From Prorocentrum cordatum (Eukaryota): a DNA stretch of 64,000 nucleotides. Positions within the stretch are counted from its first letter, which is position 1. Each line of letters starts with the position of its first letter. The DNA is taken from the NCBI GenBank assembly GCA_963575745.1, contig CAUYUJ010000048.1, forward strand, positions 434,001-498,000, written 5' to 3'. The position numbers and the translations under genes were made by a program. Shown here piece after piece: positions 38,561-49,775 of this stretch. The notes under the pieces are model-generated. The model was not told where the DNA came from and did no database searches. It was given only the letters and a program-made list of their open reading frames with translations.

Positions 38561-39075
38561 TGATGTTCTGATCACAGGTGGCTGCGAACCACATGCAATA
38601 ACATAAAGCGAACATGCGGGCTGCAAGCGCGATCGAAGCGCTACATCAACACGCCAGACACGCAAAATGTAAGTCAGCGCTGCAGCGCGACGCAAAAATC
38701 TGATATCGGCACGCCAGACACCCGAACGTAAATCAGCGCTGCAGCACGATGGGCTCCAAGCACACGAAACGTAAGTCAGCGCTGCAGCGCCGTGAGGTCA
38801 CACATCGACGGCGGCAACGCGCGAGAGGCACACTTGATCGGATCGTAGTGTCGTCGCGCGGCAGCACGCTTGATCATACCAACGATTCGCAATGACGCCA
38901 ACAGTAGCGAACATTGGGGGGATCCACCAACAATCCGCAATTATTATCCCAATCCTCCTCCTCGTTCTCCTCCTCGCCCTCGTCCTCGTGCTCGCCCTCC
39001 TCGCTGCCATTCTCAATCGCACTGCCGGCCGTGATCGCACGCCCCAGCGATGCGGTCGACCGAGCGCGCCGCAGC

Positions 39076-39839
39076 TCAGTCCGAGTCGGCCTCCTCCTCC
39101 TCCGCATCGCCCTCCGCCTCCGCTTCCATCTCCTGGAGCTCATCCGCTTCGCAATCCTTGAGTTCGGCGGTGCACCACTTCGCCGCGGCCGCTTCAGCGT
39201 CATCCTTGCTGCAGCCGCGGTTTGTGCGGAACAAGGCCGTCCTGCTGCAACCGCAGTCTATGCGGACGGCCCGCCAAGCTTGGAGCCGCTGCACCCAATA
39301 GATGCGGGCGCCGCAAGGAACGTCGGTCTCGTGGCGCCGCGGGCGCTTCAGCACCGTGCTCGCCTCTGCCGCCTCCGCCGCCTCCTGAAGCAATTTGGCC
39401 TTGATGTACTCTACGCCCTTCTCGTGCAGCGCCACCTGCAGCTTGTCCCCCCCCCCCCCTATGAGGCGGGGGAATGACAATCTGCAGCTCTGTTGCCTCC
39501 GTATCGCCAAACGGCGGCAGCTGCGCTGTCTTGAAGCACTTGTCCACTGGAACCTGGCCAGTCGCGGCCGGACCGCGTGGTCGGGCGGCGGCCTGGCTCC
39601 GCTGCAGCGAAGAGCGTCGTCGGCGCCGTTGGCCCCGACGACGCGGTGCGCTGATTTTTCAGCCACGTTAGGAACATCGTGCCTCGCAAGCCCTGAGCCT
39701 TGCCGCACACCCACTTGCTCCAACCTGCGGTGGTCACGGTGATGCACTCGCGGTCTCCGATGACCTCGACGGCCGTGACCAGCTCGCGCCCCGTACGGTT
39801 GTCGTGCAACACGACGCAGTCGCGCTTGATCGTCGCCAT
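39076..39839 (-). CDS. Protein with a C-terminal AP2-like domain and acidic tail (frameshifted)
   Basis: Three overlapping frames join into MATIKRDCVVLHD..., LPPFGDTEATELQIV..., KLQVALHEKGVEYIK...KRPRR...RIYWVQRLQAWRAVRIDCGCSRTALFRTNRGCSKDDAEAAAAKW. Shifts near 39610 and at the poly-C at about 39450. Confidence 0.55.
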
Positions 39840-40333
39840 CGCGCGCGCGGCGCGCCGAGGCTGCAGCCCGAGCGCGGTCGCACTTCAGCGCCAAAATTGC
39901 TGCGATGGAGTGATGAGGCAACATGTGCGCGGACGAGGTGCTCATGATGAGGTGCGCTGCAGCGCATGTGAAAGATGAAGCGAAGAGCAACGATCACATC
40001 GAGCACAACAGTGATGACGAAGCCGCTGCAGCGGCATGTCTGTGGGAAAGGCTGATGTCAGCACCAATATTGTACAGTCGCTGCAGCGACGATGCTGGCG
40101 CAACGAATCGTTCCGCGCGCTGCAGCGCCGCGGCAAGTATCGCACTTCGCACCAACCCGCGCACTGTTTACACCAATCGGAGGGCCACGCTCGGTGCCGT
40201 CATGTGCGCTCGCCGCTCCTTAAGCCCCCTCATCCTCCTCCCTATGCCAAACCTTACCCTGCCTCCTCCTCCTCCTCCGCATCACCCCTCCCTCCTGCCT
40301 CATCCTCCCGCGTGGTCCCTCTATATCGCCAGC

Positions 40334-43190
40334 TCAGGCCGTCCTGAGCTTCTTGGCTGGCCGCGGCTGCAGCCGCGGCCACGGCTTCACCGCCAGGAAG
40401 TCGCCCGCGGACAGGGCGCAAGTGTTATGCATCTGGGGCACCCCCACCTGCACCTTGTTGACGCCTGTCCCGAACGTCACGGTCTCCTTTCGGAGCTCCA
40501 TGTTGGGCTCTGAGTCGGACTTTGCCACCACCCAGAAGGGGCTGACAAAGGCGTCGGGGCCCCGCGACCCCTCAGCGGGGGGCCCTGCGAACTGCGGGCC
40601 CACGAAGAACTCGTAGAGGCCAACCTTCCCCAACGAGATGCTCTCCGCAACGCAGCCCGTGCTGACCCGCGTGGACGAGGCTGAAATGCGACCACTCCCA
40701 CCGCGTGGAGCTACATGGCGCGCAGTCGGTAACATCACTGACCTCGTCGCTACGGCCTGACGTGCCCCGAAATCCTCGCTACCTCGTGCTCAGCGCAGCG
40801 CTGCAGCGCGGCGTCGTCGGAGGGGGGCGCGGACGATTGCGGAAGCACAAGTCTGACGAGCTCACCCACTTTGAACGCTCGCTTGCAGCGCGCGGCAGGT
40901 GGGTCCTGCAGGATCTCCAAGTGCAAAATGTTCGCCTGGTACTTCAGCGCTTGGAGCCGCAGCGCCATGTTGCATGCCCCCTTGAACGCGTCCATCGCCC
41001 AACCCTCGTGGGCTGGCGGCAAGTGCTCCTTCGTGAACGGCAACTGCTCCTGCACCCTGGACGTCAACTTGTAATTCTCGAGCAATATGTTTACTTCAAT
41101 CCGCCCGCTCGGCTAACTGCTCCGTGCGCTGCAGCGCATCGACCAACCCATTGCAACTTAAGTACAGGAAATACAATATCGCAGTTACTACCTCCTCCTC
41201 CCCCCTCCCTGCTCCCCACGGGCGGCGGGGTGGCTGCAGCCACGCAATGGAGATCTCTTCGCCCACCAGGTCGCCGTGCAACTTCTTCTGAGCGGTGATC
41301 CCATTCTCCGAGATGGAGAGCACCTCGAAGACGTCATCCACCTCCTTCTTCTGGACGATGTGCTTCCCCACGTCGAACCCTGCACGCCGCATGCGGAAGA
41401 CGTTGCTCTTCAACTCAGCGGCCGACGACGCTGCCGCGCGCGGCGCGTCTGCATCGGCGCTCGCTGGGAACTCGGGTGCGCCATCGCCTTGCTTGTCGGT
41501 CTGCACCGCCTTGCCGAACTCGATCCCCAAGCTCTTCATCTGCAGCTGGGCTGGCTCCCCGAGCTCATGGAGGAAGACCTCTCTGGAGGGTCGCTGCAGC
41601 GACATTGAATGGCGAAAAGCAGGGAGGGAGGGAAACAAGGAGCACACGAAAGGTGGCGTGAGAAGATACCTGTGCTATATCTGCTACGCATCCGAAAGCG
41701 CGGTCTCCTGGCGCTCGCTTCTTCACCAGGTACATGGCACAGCGGACATCCAACTTTGTGATGTGCAAGAAGCCCTGCTCCGCTCCGATATCCAACCTCT
41801 TCACGAGCGACCTTGCGTCGGCCATGAGGTTGTCGGCCGCAGCCACGTCCGCCTTGCGGGACGCGACGTGGACGATCTCGTTTGCCTTGATCCGCCCATC
41901 GCTTCAGCGATTGCGTTTGGGAATAAAGCAATGTAACGGTGCGTGTGTGTGTGTGGGGAGGGGGGAGGGGTGGGTACGCAGTTCTAACAATGCAGCGCAA
42001 TGCATAGATGCGCTGCAGCGCATGTCACTACAAGGGGGCGCCGACAAGCTTATGGATGGTCCTGCACATGCTATCCACCACGTGCTCGCCTGAATAGTTG
42101 GCCTTCACGAGCGCCGCTACGACATACGGGTACGACTCCTGGTGCTTCCCCCATTTAATCGAATTCAACTTGCGCCAGAATTCAGAGCCGCACATCAAAG
42201 TTTGCCCCGAGACGTCCACATTCGTGAAGGTCTTGAGGGCTTCATCTATTTCACGGAGAAGTTCTCCGTTTTGTGGCCCGAGCTCAACAAACTTGCACAA
42301 GTCAGCGATCCACGCCTTGCAAGGTGGGTTCGCGTGGCCCGCTTGCTCGGCGATGTCGCGCCAATCGGGCTTGCTGGAACCCTCAGCGAGGCTGTGTGCC
42401 AAGAGCATCCGCCCACCTGCCTGCAGCAAGCGCCGAGCCGATCAAGTGCTGCAGCACGGTAAGATATAATGCTCCTGCTCCTCGTTCTCACCTCCTCCCC
42501 AACGCGCTCCCACTCATCACCCTCCTCGTGCATCATCCTGGTCCTTACTACATACCGCTATATACTATAGTGGGGATAGGCTGCAGCCTGACCGAATGAT
42601 CTCGGTCTCGTGAACCGCCTCCCTGACGTCGGCGTTCAAAGCCCTCTGCACGAAGTTCTTGAGGCCCTTCACTTTGGCCACCGCGTGCTTGATGATCAAC
42701 CACGTCAGGCCCTTTTTGACTGCCGTCGCAAGTTGCGGATGCAACGCGCGCAGCTTTTTCCGGAGTCGATGTTGTCCCGAGAGTCTGCCAGCGCCTTCAC
42801 TGTGGTCGGCGCCTTGGCCAGCACGCAGCGGAGGAAGACGTTCGCGTGGGAGCCGCCCACTGACGTATACCGCAATGAGTCCAGCGGGGGGCACCGACCC
42901 CCGCTGAGCCGCGAAAGGCGGTCGTTCGCCATCGCGGTCTCTTCCAACTGCGCCCCCTGGGCGCAAATCTTCGCGCCTAAATTGTGAGCCCGCGCAGGGT
43001 TCACTAACGAACCGCTGCGGTTCCGAATGTCGATGCCCATCTGGTTCGGTGGGACCTGCTGGTAATACGCTAGCCCCTCCGCCAGCAGGAACTCCTTCAG
43101 TTGATCCCACCCCGATGCCAACCTCCCCGAGGAATTGCTTTCCTCGATGTACTGCAAGATCTGCTCCTCCTGGCGCGCCTGCAGCGCCAT
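40334..43190 (-). CDS. Large ~6-exon protein with an N-terminal ParB/Srx-like region and a C-terminal degenerate SET-like region
   Basis: Coding blocks at about 43190-42594, 42420-42040, 41900-41668, 41580-41245, 41090-40850 and 40700-40334. N-terminal VPPNQMGIDIRNR..AHNLGAKICAQG..SVGGSH. C-terminal ARCKRAFKVGELV..SPFWVVAKSDSEPNM..NTCALSAGDFL. Frameshift near 42760. The gene is well supported, but the domain names come from motif resemblance only. Confidence 0.65.
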
Positions 43191-43849
43191 GCCAGCGCTA
43201 TATATAGCGCCGAATGCAACGTGCGAGCCCGCGGGCGCGACGGCGGATGCGGCGCGCGGCCGCAGCTTGAGACAAGCTGTCGCGCGGCGTGCGCGTGAAC
43301 ATCGACTTGCATGGACATGCAACTTGCGAGCCAAAATGTTGATCTGGGCTGCAGCCCGAGGCCCATGAAGCACGAGCGCGCACGCGCTGCAGCGCGATGC
43401 GACATCACGACGACAACCATTTTTTTGCGCTGCAGCGCAAAGTAACATACGTGCTATCAAATCTGGAGCGCTGCAGCGCTCAATGCGACCATTGAAAAAA
43501 ACAACGAATACAACAAAACATAATTGACATGTGCATTCAAATTCCTTGCAAACGGAGCTGGGCGAAAATGAAGATCCGAACAACGCGCAATTAGAAAACA
43601 TGCATTTAACTCAACATTCAGCGCTGCAGCGCTTCATATTCAGCGCACGCAGCGCTTCATGTTCATATAAATCCGAAGGCAGCGCTGCAGCGCTTCTCAT
43701 ATTTAAAGCAAAAATCCAGGACACCGACTCCAAATCAAAATGCAAAATTTGTAGCGCTGCAGCGCTCAACGAACAAACTCAGCTCTTTCAAGACGTGGAT
43801 TTACCTTTTTTTCCCTGTGCATGGCCCTTGGATAACAAGTGCAATGTAA

Positions 43850-44071
43850 CCGCTAAGTCACTTATAACCTACTTAGCAAACTAGCTATAAGCGGTTATAA
43901 GTGGTTAGCTAAGTGCGCTAAGCACTTAGCTAACTGGTTATAAGTGGATAGCTAAGTACTTACTAAGTCATTACTAAGTGGGCCACTTAGTAATGACTGA
44001 GTAAGTACTTAGCTAAGTCCGCTAACTACTTACTAAGTATTTAACTTAGCGTAGTAAGTATGTTAAGTACT
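43850..44071. repeat. Right subterminal repeats
   Basis: Same CTAAGT/ACTTAG/TAAGTGGTTAG motifs as at the left end. Confidence 0.85.
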
Positions 44072-44156
44072 TAGCAACCGCCGCGGCCATCCAAGTAGGG
44101 GGACATTCCCGACCTAGTCCAGGGGTCGGTCCCCCACCGATGACCGTGGTCCATAG

Positions 44157-44812
44157 GGCCCACCGCACCCATTTTGGCACACCCCTCACACGCTTTGTGG
44201 CCCCATAGAGAGCTCCACCACAGGCCCAGATGCCAGCGCTTGCATGCGCCCACCGTGCCCATTTTGGCACACCCATCACACGCTTTGTGGCCCCATAGGG
44301 AGCTCCACCTAAGGTCCGCATTGCAGCGCTCGCATACGCCCACCGTTCCAATTTTGCGACACCTCTTGATCGTTTCTAGGCTCCGTAGGGAGCCCCGTCG
44401 AAGGCCCAGATGCCCGCGCTCGCATGCGCCCACCGCACCCATTTTGGCACACCCCTCACGCGTTTTGTGGCCCAAACGGGAGCTCCACCACGGGCCCAGA
44501 TGCCAGCGCTCGCATGCGCCCACCGCACCCATTTTTTGCACACCTCTCACACGTTTGGTGGCCCCATAGGGGCATCCGCCGAAAGCACACAAGGCAGCGC
44601 TCGTATGCGCCCACCGCACCCATTTTGCCACACCTCTCACATGCTTCGTCGCCCCATAGGGAACTCCATCGAAGGCCCAGATGCCCGCGCTCGCATGCGC
44701 CCACTGCACCCATTCTGGCACACCCTTCACGCACTTCGTGGCCCCAACGGGAGCTCCACCGAATGCGGCGCATACAGCGGCAGTGCCCACAACTGCATAT
44801 GGTTGGGTCTTT
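44157..44812. repeat. ~90-bp tandem repeat, about 7 copies
   Basis: GCCCACCGCACCCATTTTGGCACACC...GTGGCCCCATAGGGAGCTCCACC recurs every 90-91 bp. Confidence 0.93.
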
Positions 44813-47490
44813 TGCCAGGCTAATTTTCACGGCGCAAGGGCTCGTGGGGGTTTGGGACTTTCGATGGGTTGCTTCCCTCATCAGATCAGGCCCGAGGTAA
44901 TGAGCCAGTCATGCCGTGCGAAGGCCATTCTGATGCTCGTTTGGGGACCTTCCTCGGCCCCACCTGACGGATCTGTTCGACTCTAGATCGACCCCAGTTC
45001 GACTCAAGTGGGACTCCAAGTTCGATTCAACTTCGACTCAGATTCGACACAGGATCGACTCAGGGTCGACTCAAATCGACGGACAGTCGACACAGCTTCG
45101 ACGCACGAGTGGAGCGAGTGTCTCCGGGAAGGTTCCCAGAATGAGCATCCAAGACCCTCCATGCCTCGGGAAGGCGTGCGTGCGTGTGATTACGCCAGGA
45201 TGGCGGCCCCTGCTGGGCATGGTGGTGGTGGGGCGTAGGTGCCTTTGCGCATCCCTCGCGCCCGAGGTGATGAACCAGCGGCGCCTGAATTGGCTCGCGG
45301 GGCAGCGGGGCGGCGCGAACCTGTACGGCGCCCAGGCCAGCGGCGTGCGGCCGCCAGGCATGTGAGGAGCCCCGACTGGCGGCATCTTCTGGCTTCGCTT
45401 CAGAGCGGCCCGTCGCCGGAGTGACGCTCGGTGCGGGCACACCCGACGTCTTCGTTGGTGTTTTAGAGGTCTTTTGTGCTGTCTGGCAGCTGCGCCTCGT
45501 CGAGAGCGTTCGCGGCTCCGCGAGGGTTCGAAGCGTCCCGGACGGCCGCCGGGCGCCCCAGCTATGACCCGGAAGCCACCAGGGTTTGGGTGACCCGGAC
45601 CCCGTGGGTGCAGGCCCCCAGGGACACCCCATCACTCCAAGCCTCCTAGATGGGGTTGGAGGATTGCGCCGCATGCGCGAGCCCGATTTTCACCACGCCG
45701 ACGGCGCCAATGCATCGCCGACATCGCCGGTGCATCGCCAATGCATCGCCGATGCATCGGCGATGCGGCGCGGTCCTCCGACCCCATCTCCTCCGACCCC
45801 ATCTGGGAGGCCTCTAATCACTGGCTTGCGCGCCTGGACTTGTTGGTCCCCCGCGCCCCCCCGGAGGCCGCCCACCACCAGAGGTCATGCCAGTCCAGGG
45901 CCACAAACTCTGGCGCGCAGCCGAGAAGTGTGGGAGGAGGGCCCAGAGGTCCAGTGCTTGCGCTGGTTTCGCACCGAGAGGTTCCGCCAGGTTCGCGGTC
46001 CCCGGGCCCCTGTCGTGTCGGTGGCAATCGGGGGGAGCTGCACAGAAGTGGCGTCGAGGGCGTCGACCATGCCTCTTCACGCTGCTTCAGCTGATTCGCG
46101 TCGCCAGAATTCAGAGGAGGAGGTCAATCGCCATCTGCTCGCACCTTCTCGTCGGCAGAGGCCATGCAGCTGCCTGAGATGAGCTGGAAAGAAAGGGGCG
46201 AGGAGGCAGGAATCCAAGACCGTAAACCGTTGCGTAAAATCATGATGCTTATTCGTAACTCGGCCTCCAGGCACAATCTTCGGGTCCCTGAGACAAGCAG
46301 AAAAAACTGCCCGCGACGAGAATTCGGCCCCAGGCATGGGGTCGAGAGGTCCGGGTCCACGCTGCTACGATAGCACGGCTTCGAAAGTCTGGAGAGGGGG
46401 AGGGGGAGGCGCTGCGTTTTCGATTCCCCGGTTCGATGCAGGGTTGATTTGCGAGGTTTTTAGAGCAGCCGAAACTATTTTCACCCAGTAAACTACGAGA
46501 AGCTTCATCTGCAAGTTTCCTGACATTGCAAACGAACGAAAGAAGGAGGAGGAGGAGGAGGAGGAGGAGGAGAAGGGCTCTGGAGGGCCTCTTGGGGCCA
46601 GGACCGTGAGATCTCCTCGATGTCCTGGCCCTCCTGATCTTCTTCGTCTTCTTCTTCTTCTTCCTCTTCCTCTTGAGAAGGAATGGAGGAGGCGGAGGAG
46701 GAAGAAGAGGAGGAGGAGGAGGAGTAGGAGGAGGAGGAGGAATGGAGGAGGATGAGGAGCTGGAGGAGGATGAGGAGGAGGAGGAGGAGCTGGAGGAGGA
46801 GGCCCCCCTCTCTCTGGCCCACCCGCTCGGGCGGACGCGCCCCGCTGCAGCGGCCGCGCTCCCCGCGGTGCCCCCCGCGTGCGAGGAGGGTGCTGCCGCA
46901 GGCGCGCGGGCCTGAGGCCCGCGCGCGCGCGGGGCGCGGGGCCATCGCCGGCCTCCTGGAGAGGCGGGCCGCCCCGGGCGTCGAGCACGGGGGGGTGCGA
47001 TGGGTGTAGGCGGCGAGCGAGGGGGGGAAATCCAGGAGCGGAGGAAGGACGTACAAGTGTACGTGAATCCGCGCTGGTTTCGAGAGTTTTCGAAGCGCGA
47101 AGGCTCGTATCGCGCGGCTGGTCTCGCGGATCGAAGGGCCGTGTTCATGTACATGGTTGGGCGCGTACGTCCGTTGTGGGTTTACCCAGAAATGAGAAGG
47201 GGCGGGCCATCTCTCAGAAGGCTCGGAAGTCTCCCGGCCTTCCGAGAAGTGTTCCAGGCCTGCCCCGAAGAGGCAGGGAATTTGTCAGAGGGCGCGAGGG
47301 CTTCTGAGGAGTCCCACCGCCTTCCGAGAAGGCCTTCTCCTTCTCACCTCCCTCCCTCGCTCGCCGCCTCAAGTTGGGCGGCGCGGGGAAGACAGGGGCA
47401 CCTCTTCAGGAGGGGGCCCTAAATGGGGCCCAACAGGGGCCCGACAGGGGCACGAGAGGTGTAATTTTTGTTCTCGCCCCCCCCCCATTC

Positions 47491-48984
47491 TTGAGTCGGG
47501 CATGTCCCTCTACAGGCGGAACATCCAAAATTATCCTGGCAAAGCAAACTAACAGCGATGTGTAGGAGCATATCTGGAAGCAGTTGTAGAATTCTGCTGT
47601 TCTCGCGGTCGTAGTCGCATTCGCGATGACAGTCGCAGTGGCAACGGCAGTCGCAGTCACAGCCTCAGCCTCAGCCTGCCTCAGCCTCAGCCTCAGCCTG
47701 CCTCAGCCTCAGCCTGCCTCAGCCTCAGCCTCAGCCTGCTTCAGCCTCAGCCTCAGTCTGCCTTCAGCCTCGGCCTCAGCCTCAGCCTGCCTCAGCCTCA
47801 GCCTGCATCAGCCTCAGCCTCAGCCTCAGCCTGCCTCAGCATCAGCCTGCCTCAGCCTCAGCCTCAGCCTGCCTCAGCCTCAGCCTCAGCCTGCTTCAGC
47901 CTCAGTCTGCCTTCAGCCTCGGCCTCAGCCTCAGCCTGCCTCAGCCTCAGCCTGCTCAGCCTCAGCCTCAGCCTCAGCCTCAGCCTCAGCCTGCCTCAGC
48001 ATCAGCCTGCCTCAGCCTCAGCCTCAGCCTCAGCCTCAGCCTCAGCCTGCTTCAGCCTCAGCCTCAGTCTGCCTTCAGCCTCGGCCTCAGCCTCAGCCTG
48101 CCTCAGCCTCAGCCTGCATCAGCCTCAGCCTCAGCCTCAGCCTGCCTCAGCATCAGCCCTCAGCCTCAGCCTCAGCCTCAGCCTGCCTCAGCCTCAGCCT
48201 CAGCCTGCTTCAGCCTCAGCCTCAGTCTGCCTCCAGCCTCGGCCTCAGCCTCAGCCTGCCTCAGCCTCAGCCTGCCTCAGCCTCAGCCTCAGCCTCAGCC
48301 TGCCTCCTCAGCCTCAGCCTCAGCCTCGGCCTCAGCCTCAGCCGGCCTCAGCCTCAGCCCTCAGCCTCAGCCTCAGCCTTCAGCCTCAGCCTCAGCCTCA
48401 GCCTGCCTCAGCCTCAGCATCAGCCTGCCTCAGCCTCAGCCTCAGCCTCAGCCTCAGCCTGCTTCAGCCTCAGCCTCAAGCCTCAGCCTCAGCCTCAGCC
48501 AGCCTCAGCCTCAGCCTCAGCCTCTCCTGCCTCAGCCTCAGCTCAGCCTGCTGCTCAGCCTAGCAGCTCATGCCTCAGCCTCAGTCTGCCAGCCTCGGCC
48601 TCAGCCTCATCAGCCTCCTGCCTCAGCATTCAAAATGTGGCCCGGGAATGGAGTTCTGGGAACTCGAAGACCACGAAGTGGCCTACAGTTGGCTCCGGGC
48701 ATTCAAAATCATGCCCAGGAATGGAGTTCTGGGAATTCGAAGACCACGAAGTGTGTAACTGTTTGCTTAAAAGGACTTCCGCGGCGTCTCCCCGGCACCC
48801 GCCCAGACCCCCCTGGGGAGTCAAGATGCTCTCTTTTGACACTTCAGTCTTCGCTGTTAGGTAAATAGTTAAAAATAGTCTGGGGACGATTTCTCTGTGA
48901 TTTTTTGTACTATTTGGGGTTATTGTTTGACTATTGTTTGGTTTTCCGTTCGAATCCGCCTGCAGGAGGACACGCCCGACCTAA
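47491..48984. mobile_element. MITE family A, copy 5, expanded by an insertion
   Basis: TTGAGTCGGGCATGTCCCTCTACAGG at 47491 and CCGCCTGCAGGAGGACACGCCCGACCTAA ending at 48984. Confidence 0.65.
47660..48630. repeat. (CAGCCT)n hexamer satellite
   Basis: About 970 bp of CAGCCT with CTGCCT variants. Confidence 0.97.
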
Positions 48985-49603
48985 CCCCATTCCCAGAGCC
49001 CCGACGTCATGATTTTTCACACGACGGCGACCCCCAGAGGTCTCGACCCCTTCCTCGCGTGACCAGCCCCGCGGGGCCCGGCAGGGGCCAAACAGTGAAC
49101 AACCTCCCGTCGTGATTGCATCATGCCTCCAGGGGGTCTGGGCCCTGGAAACGACAGGGCAGTTTTTTTACCGGTTCCGTTTTGCTGTTTTTTTGCCAGT
49201 TCCAACGCCGTTTTTTACCGGTTCCGTCGCCGTTTTTTGACCGGTTCCGGCTCCGGTTCCAATCCTGGAGCCGTTCTTTTGCCGTTTCTGGTCGCCGTTT
49301 TTTTGCCGTTTTTATGTTTAAGGGACACTTTTTCGGAAACGGTGCAAAAACGGCCCTGCCGTTTCCGGGACCCACTAAGGTCTGGGTTGATCGCCCCCCA
49401 GGCTTCAACGCCCGAGGCCTGGCGCGCGCGCGCGCTGGGCGCGTGGGGCCCGCGCCGGCCTCCCGAGGGGGGGGCCGCCCGAGACCGGCGCCGGGCGGCG
49501 CGATCGGCGCGCGGGTGGCCGCTGGCGGCGCCGGCGGCGCGGAAAAACGGAAGCATTCGATGCTCGTTTTGGGGGCCTTCCTCGGGGCCACCTGAGGGAT
49601 CTG

Positions 49604-49775
49604 TTCGACTCCGGTTCGACTCCGGTTCGACTCAGGTTCGACTCAGGTTCGACTCAGATTCGACTCAGGTTCGACTCAGGTTCGACTCAGATTCGACTCA
49701 GGTTCGACTCCGGTTCGACTCAGGTTCGACTCAGACTCGACTCATGTTCGACTCAGGTTCGACGCAGCTTCGACG
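49604..49775. repeat. 11-bp minisatellite TTCGACTCAGG
   Basis: About 14 units. A related degenerate array with the same flanks lies at about 44975-45110. Confidence 0.9.

Larger units (their letters stand above)
26211..44095 (-). mobile_element. 17.9-kb TIR DNA transposon, CACTA/Mirage/Plavaka (CMC)-like, with TA target-site duplication and cargo genes
   Basis: Left end CTTGGATGGCCGCGGCGGCTGCTA matches the reverse complement of the right end, CTTGGATGGCCGCGGCGGTTGCTA (23/24). TA flanks both sides (26209-10, 44096-97). Removing the element restores the host MITE TIR CCTGTAGGGGGAC. An internal transposase and subterminal repeats are present. Confidence 0.92.

Noticed and set aside
26211..44095. 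Tc1/mariner, Polinton or viral identity
   Set aside because: Despite the TA duplication, the transposase motifs are CMC-like. No DD34E/D pattern, polB, packaging ATPase or capsid was recognised.
47626..48864. 412-aa SA/QP-repeat ORF
   Set aside because: Translation of the (CAGCCT)n satellite.
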